Shown: piece by piece, positions 58,815 to 64,000 of the stretch
Layout: each line of letters starts with the position of its first letter
Numbering within the stretch: position 1 is the stretch's first letter
Assembly: GCA_022820945.1 (NCBI GenBank)
Contig: JAJEEP010000178.1
Location: forward strand, 60,653 to 124,652
Direction: 5' to 3'
Length of the DNA: 64,000 nt
Source of the DNA: Alphaproteobacteria bacterium
Lineage (GTDB): Bacteria > Pseudomonadota > Alphaproteobacteria > UBA828
Notes under the pieces: generated by a model
Database searches by the model: none
Told to the model about the DNA's origin: nothing
What the model saw: the letters and a program-made list of their open reading frames with translations, nothing else
Program-made: the position numbers and the translations under genes

Positions 58815-60310
58815 TGTGACCCGTCGGTCGCTGCCCAGCGGGCGCCGATGCGCGCGTGGACCGTGGCGACGAGGTCTGCAAGCGCGTCGTCGACTTCCTG
58901 ACGGGCGCGGGCGTCGCGCAGCCAGGTTTGAGCGCTGGCGGCCTCGGCAGCGCCGGGCATCAGCGCCTCGACGATGGCGATCGCGCGCCCCAGCTCGCCG
59001 GCTGCGAGCGCCGACTCGGCCTCGACCAGGCGACCGTCAAGGCTGGCAGGATCGATCGCGCCGCCGGTCTTGCGAATGGTCACGAGCTGGCTCAACCGGG
59101 TGACCGTCTCGTCGATCCAGTCGGCATCCTCGGTCGAGGGCGCGGCGCGGACGATGGCGTTGGCGGCTTCGGGAAAGCGCGCGAGGAGCCCGTCGGTGGT
59201 CGGTACGCCGGACGCGGCGAAGGGATCGAGCCGCGCGAGGGCGTTCTCGAACGCGGGGTCCTCGCCGACGACGCCGCGCAGCGTGTCGAGCATCGGCGCG
59301 AAGCCGCGGGATGAGCCGAGTGCTGCGGTGAGCTCGCCGGTTGCCAGCACCAGCGAGACCAGGCGCCCGTCGGCAGCGGCCTGCTGCGCCGCCTCTTCCT
59401 CGAAACGAGCAAGCCGCGCGCTCACGTCGGCGAGTGTGGCCTCCAGCGCCGCGCGTTGCTCTCCCCACGCAGCGAGCGCCTCACCGAGGGGCTCGCGCGT
59501 CGGATCGTCCTCGAGCGCACGCACCCGCTGCTCCAACGCGATCACCGCAGCGCCTGCGCCGATGGCACCATCGGACCGCGTCTCCAGCGCCTCCAGGCGG
59601 GCGTTGAGGACGCCGAGCGCGTCGGCTCCGAGATCGGCTTGGGCGGCAATCGGGGTGACGGGCAGGGAGTCGGGAACGGCATCGGCGGTCGCATCCGCGG
59701 TCGCTTCGGCAGCAGCAGCGCCTTCATGCGCAGTCTGCTCTTCGGCGCTCGTTGAGACAGGCGTCGAGGTCGCGGGCGGGTCGTCGGCGGTGAGCGCCGG
59801 CGATGGCGATGGGGGATCCGCTGCCGGCGTTGTTGGTTCTGGCGCAGCAGCGGTCTCCGGCGGATCGGTCTCGTCGTCCTGCGGGACGGCGGCTGAAGTC
59901 CCCTCCTCTACCGGGTCGGCCGTTGCGTCCCCGTCCTCCTCCGCAACGGTGAGCGGAGCGCCGACACCGTCGGCCGGGGGAGACGTCGTCGTGCTCCCAC
60001 CCGACGGCCCGTCACCGGTTTGCTCCGCGACGGGCGGCGTCGCGACAGGAGCCGAGGCGACAGTCTGCTCGCCGCTCGTGCCCAACATATCGGACCCGAA
60101 TTCCATCCACGCGGCATAGAGGCCGACGCAAACGAGAGCCGCGGCCAGGCCGATGGCCGCCAGCAGCGGGACGCGGCGACCCTTCGGCCGATCCGCCTCG
60201 GCCTCGGGGGCATCGGAAGGGTCCGACCTCTGCGTCGACGGCAGACGCCAGATCACGCCTTGCCGGCCGCCTGCCGGCGGCTCCTGGCCGTCGTCCTTTC
60301 GCGCCGACAT
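58811..60310 (-). CDS. mitofilin-domain (COG4223, alphaproteobacterial Mic60-like) membrane protein
   Basis: ATG at 60310 inside ORF 58811..60418. It has one transmembrane helix (VPLLAAIGLAAALVCVGLYAAW), an Ala/Pro/Thr-rich linker, coiled-coil-like stretches, and a conserved C-terminal domain. Its position between hemD and hemY-like supports the call. Confidence 0.65.
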   Translation of the reverse strand: MSARKDDGQEPPAGGRQGVIWRLPSTQRSDPSDAPEAEADRPKGRRVPLLAAIGLAAALVCVGLYAAWMEFGSDMLGTSGEQTVASAPVATPPVAEQTGDGPSGGSTTTSPPADGVGAPLTVAEEDGDATADPVEEGTSAAVPQDDETDPPETAAAPEPTTPAADPPSPSPALTADDPPATSTPVSTSAEEQTAHEGAAAAEATADATADAVPDSLPVTPIAAQADLGADALGVLNARLEALETRSDGAIGAGAAVIALEQRVRALEDDPTREPLGEALAAWGEQRAALEATLADVSARLARFEEEAAQQAAADGRLVSLVLATGELTAALGSSRGFAPMLDTLRGVVGEDPAFENALARLDPFAASGVPTTDGLLARFPEAANAIVRAAPSTEDADWIDETVTRLSQLVTIRKTGGAIDPASLDGRLVEAESALAAGELGRAIAIVEALMPGAAEAASAQTWLRDARARQEVDDALADLVATVHARIGARWAATDGSQ

Positions 60311-60363
60311 GTGTCTCTCGTTACGCCTGTCGCGGCCTCTTCGGCGCCGGGTCGATCTCTTGC

Positions 60364-61125
60364 TCACCGTCGATGCTCGCCGACTCGCAGTCTCGGCGCG
60401 AGCGCACTCACGACGCACGCGACGAGCGCATCCTGTCGCGGCGCGGCGGCCACGGAGACGCGTTGCCAGGGAAGAGATGCTGCCGCTTCGGCCACCGCTT
60501 GGCTCAGGCAGAACGCGGTGAGTGTCCGCGCCGTCGAGTCGAGTCCCGATTCGCGTGCGAGCTTAGCAAAGAGGCGCGCGGTGCGGGGAGAGAATAACGC
60601 GACGCCGACGAGGGTCCGCGCCTCCAGCGCCCGTCGGGCGGGTTCCGACAGGGCGCGTGAGGCCACTGCGTCGTAAAGAGGGACCCGCTCCGCCTCGAAG
60701 CCGACGGCACGCAGCCGGGGCGCGAGATCGCCGGTGCTGACCCGTCCGGCCACGTGAACGAGGCGGCCTCCGTCCGGGCGGAGTCTGGCGACAGCCAGCG
60801 ATGCCAGCGCGTCCACGTCTCCGTCCGCCGCAATCACCAAGCCGAAGCCGGCCTCTCGTGCGGCCTGCGCGGTGGCGCAGCCCACCGCCAGAACCGGTAG
60901 CCCGCGCACTGTCCGGTTGGGTCGTGCCGCCGCGAGCGCCCGCGCACCGTTCGCGCTGGTCAGCAGGATCGCCTGGGCGCCGGAAAGGTCGAGCCGCGCA
61001 TCCTCGTCGATGCGGATTTTCATCATCGGCTCGATCAGCGAATCGATGCCGTGCCGCGCCAACGCGTCCGCGAGCGCGAGAGAGTCCTGGCACGGGCGGG
61101 TGAGCAGCAGGCGGGGACCGCTCAT
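60364..61125 (-). CDS. hemD: uroporphyrinogen-III synthase
   Basis: ATG at 61125 (MSGPRLLLTRP...) inside ORF 60364..61431. It overlaps the hemC stop (ATGA). Confidence 0.75.
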   Translation of the reverse strand: MSGPRLLLTRPCQDSLALADALARHGIDSLIEPMMKIRIDEDARLDLSGAQAILLTSANGARALAAARPNRTVRGLPVLAVGCATAQAAREAGFGLVIAADGDVDALASLAVARLRPDGGRLVHVAGRVSTGDLAPRLRAVGFEAERVPLYDAVASRALSEPARRALEARTLVGVALFSPRTARLFAKLARESGLDSTARTLTAFCLSQAVAEAAASLPWQRVSVAAAPRQDALVACVVSALAPRLRVGEHRR

Positions 61126-62066
61126 GTTTCGAACCAGTCGGGCCCGCCGGCCGCCCGCAGCGCAGCACCGGCGTCGCGACCGATGGCGCACGCGTCCGTC
61201 ATGGCGCCTTCGCGCGCGACTCGGTGGCAGATACTTCCGTCGGGCTGTGCGATCAGCCCATCGAGGCGGAGCCCGCCCGAACCGTCCGCTACGGCGAGGC
61301 CTGCGATCGGCATGCGGCAAGAGCCGTCGAGCACCTCCAGCAGCGCGCGTTCGCACCGGACGGCGGCAGTCGTCAGCGGATCGACGATGGGCTGCAGCAG
61401 CTCCTGCATTCGCTCGTGGCCCGTCCGACACTCGATGCCGAGGGCGCCCTGGCCCACCGCCGGCAGCATCTCCGGAGGTTCCAGCACGGCCATGCCGTCC
61501 ACCTCCTCGCCCAGCCGCTTGAGCCCGGCGAGCGCCAGCAGCGTGGCGTCGGCCACGCCATCCGCCACCTTGCGCAGCCGCGTGCCGACGTTGCCCCGCA
61601 GCGGGATGATTTCGATATCGGGGCGGCGGGCCAGAATCTGCGCCTGGCGGCGGAGCGATCCGGTCCCGATCCGCGCCCCTTGCGGCAGGTCGGCGAGGCT
61701 GGAGAGGTCAGGCACATCGGGGGCGATCAGTACGTCGCGCGGGTCTTCACGCTCAGGCACCACGGCGATCTCCAGCCCCTCAGGCAGCCAAGTCGGCACA
61801 TCCTTCATCGAGTGCACGGCAAGATCGATGCGCCCGTCCAGCAGCGCTTCCTCGATCTCCTTGGTGAAGAGCCCCTTGCCGCCGATCTCGGCGAGCGGGC
61901 GGTCCGTGAAGCGGTCGCCCGAGGTGGTGATGGTCTGGGTGACCAGCGCCCCTTGCTCGGCCAGCGCAGGATGTGCCGCCACCAGCAAGTCGCAGACGTG
62001 GCGGGTCTGGGCGATGGCGAGCGGGCTGCCCCGCGTCCCGACGGCTATTGGCAGGCGCACGTCCAC
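61122..62066 (-). CDS. hemC: hydroxymethylbilane synthase (porphobilinogen deaminase)
   Basis: 314-aa ORF. Contains IAVGTRGSPLAIAQT, GGKGLFTKEIE, HSMKDVP, GTGSLRR, and a C-terminal dipyrromethane Cys (GSCRMPIAG). Confidence 0.95.
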   Translation of the reverse strand: MDVRLPIAVGTRGSPLAIAQTRHVCDLLVAAHPALAEQGALVTQTITTSGDRFTDRPLAEIGGKGLFTKEIEEALLDGRIDLAVHSMKDVPTWLPEGLEIAVVPEREDPRDVLIAPDVPDLSSLADLPQGARIGTGSLRRQAQILARRPDIEIIPLRGNVGTRLRKVADGVADATLLALAGLKRLGEEVDGMAVLEPPEMLPAVGQGALGIECRTGHERMQELLQPIVDPLTTAAVRCERALLEVLDGSCRMPIAGLAVADGSGGLRLDGLIAQPDGSICHRVAREGAMTDACAIGRDAGAALRAAGGPDWFET

Positions 62067-62187
62067 GGCACCGATTCGGAGCGTCGCGCCCCTTCTACAC
62101 AGCGGACCTCACGGATGCGAGCGCTTTCACGCCAAGCGCGGCCAGGATCGTTGCGGCGCCGGCCTCGGTCGGCTAAGGCTCGCGCCC

Positions 62188-63261
62188 ATGATCGTCCTCG
62201 GCATCGAGACAAGTTGCGACGAGACGGCGGCCGCGGTGGTGACGGCTGAACGCAGGGTGCTGGCTGACATCGTGCTCTCCCAGTGCGCCGACCACGCGCC
62301 CTACGGCGGCGTCGTGCCGGAAATTGCCGCGCGCAGCCACGTCGAGCATCTCGACGGCCTCATTGCCCGCGCGATGGAGGAGGCCGGCGTCGACTTCGCC
62401 GACCTCGATGGTATCGCCGCCACCGCCGGCCCCGGCCTGATCGGCGCGGTCATGGTCGGGCTCATGACCGGCAAGGCCATTGCCGCCGTCCACGAGAAGC
62501 CGCTGCTCGCCGTCAACCACCTGGAAGGGCACGCGCTCAGCCCGCGCCTCATTGCTTCCGATCTCGAATTTCCCTACCTGCTGCTGCTGGTCTCCGGCGG
62601 CCATTGCCAGCTGCTGCTGGTCGAGGAGGTGGACAGCTACCGGCGCCTGGGCACCACCATCGACGACGCGGTGGGCGAAGCCTTCGACAAGGCGGCGATG
62701 TTGCTGGAGCTCGGCTATCCGGGCGGGCCCGCCATCGAACGCGCGGCGCAGGACGGCGACTCGGCATGCGTCGCCCTGCCCCGGCCCCTGCTGGGCCGTC
62801 CCGGTTGCGACTTCTCGTTCTCGGGGCTCAAGACGGCGCTACTCCACGCCGTTCAGGCGATGGGCTCGCAATCGGATCGCGACCGCGCCGACCTCGCCGC
62901 GTCGTTTCAGACGGCAGTCACCGACGTGCTCGTCGACCGCACGGCGAATGCAGTCGCAATGCTCCGCGACTCGAACATCGAGCCGACGGCACTGGTGGTG
63001 GCGGGCGGCGTTGCGGCCAACAAGGAAATTCGCCGCCGCATCGAAGAGCTGGCGGAGACCCGCGACCTCGCCCTCAACATCCCGCCGGCCCGGCTCTGCA
63101 CCGACAACGCGGCGATGATCGCCTGGGCCGGGATCGAGCGGCTCGCTCGCGGTCTTACCGACCCGCTCGACGCCTCGCCGCGCGCGCGCTGGCCCCTCGA
63201 CGAGGACGCCGGCCTGGCCCAGGGCGCCGGTGTGCCGGGACGATTGGGACGAAGGGCCTAA
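62188..63261 (+). CDS. tsaD: tRNA N6-adenosine threonylcarbamoyltransferase
   Basis: ATG at 62188 inside ORF 61051..63261. Contains MIVLGIETSCDETAAAV, VNHLEGHAL, SGGHCQLL and CTDNAAMIAWAG. Confidence 0.95.
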   Translation: MIVLGIETSCDETAAAVVTAERRVLADIVLSQCADHAPYGGVVPEIAARSHVEHLDGLIARAMEEAGVDFADLDGIAATAGPGLIGAVMVGLMTGKAIAAVHEKPLLAVNHLEGHALSPRLIASDLEFPYLLLLVSGGHCQLLLVEEVDSYRRLGTTIDDAVGEAFDKAAMLLELGYPGGPAIERAAQDGDSACVALPRPLLGRPGCDFSFSGLKTALLHAVQAMGSQSDRDRADLAASFQTAVTDVLVDRTANAVAMLRDSNIEPTALVVAGGVAANKEIRRRIEELAETRDLALNIPPARLCTDNAAMIAWAGIERLARGLTDPLDASPRARWPLDEDAGLAQGAGVPGRLGRRA

Positions 63262-63283
63262 GGCCCGCCCCCGCCCCCGCCCC

Positions 63284-64000
63284 CTAAGGATCGCCTGCGC
63301 AGCGAAACCCCACCATGTCGAGGCCGATATTCGGCGGGTTCTTGTGGCGGTAGCTCACCCGCAGGCAGAATGGGGTATTGCCCCAGCCGCCGCCGCGAAT
63401 CACGTACTTGCCGGTATCGCCGTTGGGGCTCGACGTCCACTCCCAGACATTGCCAACCATGTCGTGCAGGCCGAACGGCGAGAGCCCGGCCAGATAGGAG
63501 CCGACGGGAGCGGTCTCGTGGTAGCCGTCGGTCATGTCCGCGGCGCAGCACTCGTTGGTGCCATAGTTGGCGCGCCTGGTGCCGCCTTCGTCCGGTGCTG
63601 CGTCGCCCCAGGGGAAGATGCGCCCGTCCGTGCCGCGCGCGGCGAACTCCCACTCCTCCTCGCTCGGCAGCCGCAGCCCGTGGTTACGGCAGAAGGCGCG
63701 GGCATCCTGCCAGCTCACCTGCACCACCGGATGATCGTCGAGGCCGATGGGATTGGACGCCGGCCCGCTGCGGTGCCGCCAGTCGGCGCCCGGCACCTTG
63801 GTCCCGCGCCCCGGCCAGACGTAACCGAAGCCTCGGCGCTCGGGATCGGTAACGTGCCCGGTCTCGGCGACGAAGGCGGCGAACTGGGCGTTCGTCACCT
63901 CGAATTGCATGATCCGGAAGGGTTCCACCGTCGCCATCCGGGGCACTTCGTCCGGCCGGCCGGCGGCATCGCCCATCTCGAAGCTGCCGCCGGGGATATC
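63284..64000 (-). CDS. formylglycine-generating-enzyme (SUMF1/FGE) family protein; the N-terminus lies beyond the window end
   Basis: Taken from ORF 63284..63976. The frame stays open to 64000 (..IPGGSFEMGDAAGRPDE..). Contains HPVVQVSWQDARAFC, GNVWEWT and RGGGW. Ends VGFRCAGDP. Confidence 0.8.
   Translation of the reverse strand, partial: DIPGGSFEMGDAAGRPDEVPRMATVEPFRIMQFEVTNAQFAAFVAETGHVTDPERRGFGYVWPGRGTKVPGADWRHRSGPASNPIGLDDHPVVQVSWQDARAFCRNHGLRLPSEEEWEFAARGTDGRIFPWGDAAPDEGGTRRANYGTNECCAADMTDGYHETAPVGSYLAGLSPFGLHDMVGNVWEWTSSPNGDTGKYVIRGGGWGNTPFCLRVSYRHKNPPNIGLDMVGFRCAGDP

Noticed and set aside
61091-61108. TGGCAC-containing sequence resembling a sigma-54 -24 element
   Set aside because: It lies inside the hemD coding sequence and lacks a TTGC -12 element at the correct spacing.

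Overview
This 64-kb window is GC-rich and its gene order looks alphaproteobacterial (Rhodospirillales-like). I infer this from hfq-hflX, ntrY-ntrX-trkA, mltB-rlpA-dac-tmk-holB-metG-tatD, and hemC-hemD-mitofilin-like-hemY. About 55 genes are called. Positions 1-22,200 are housekeeping: cell-wall enzymes, tmk/holB/metG, mazG, groESL with a CIRCE operator, hfq/hflX, trkA and ntrYX. Positions 22,200-43,500 look accessory and metabolic. They hold a frameshifted NTF2-like gene, an amidase with a small AtzG-like partner, VOC, flavoprotein, gentisate-dioxygenase-like cupin, 3-hydroxyacyl-CoA dehydrogenase, LVIVD propeller and hydantoinase A/B. A CUT1 sugar ABC system with an IlvD/Edd dehydratase follows, then GH15-otsA-otsB. 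The best candidate for an undescribed system lies at 43.7-55.4 kb. It is a 3454-aa type I polyketide synthase with the order KS-AT-DH-cMT-ER-KR-ACP-KS-AT0. The KR catalytic Tyr is replaced by His. The terminal KS-AT is an internal duplicate whose AT has lost its nucleophile and small subdomain. The gene converges on a free-standing carrier protein and an atypical alpha/beta hydrolase. Immediately upstream of it are a truncated gene, an IS21 remnant, vapBC, a phage-like HTH remnant and tRNA-Thr. No CRISPR array, rRNA or intact transposase/integrase was seen. All functional calls come from motif reading by eye; no database search was run.
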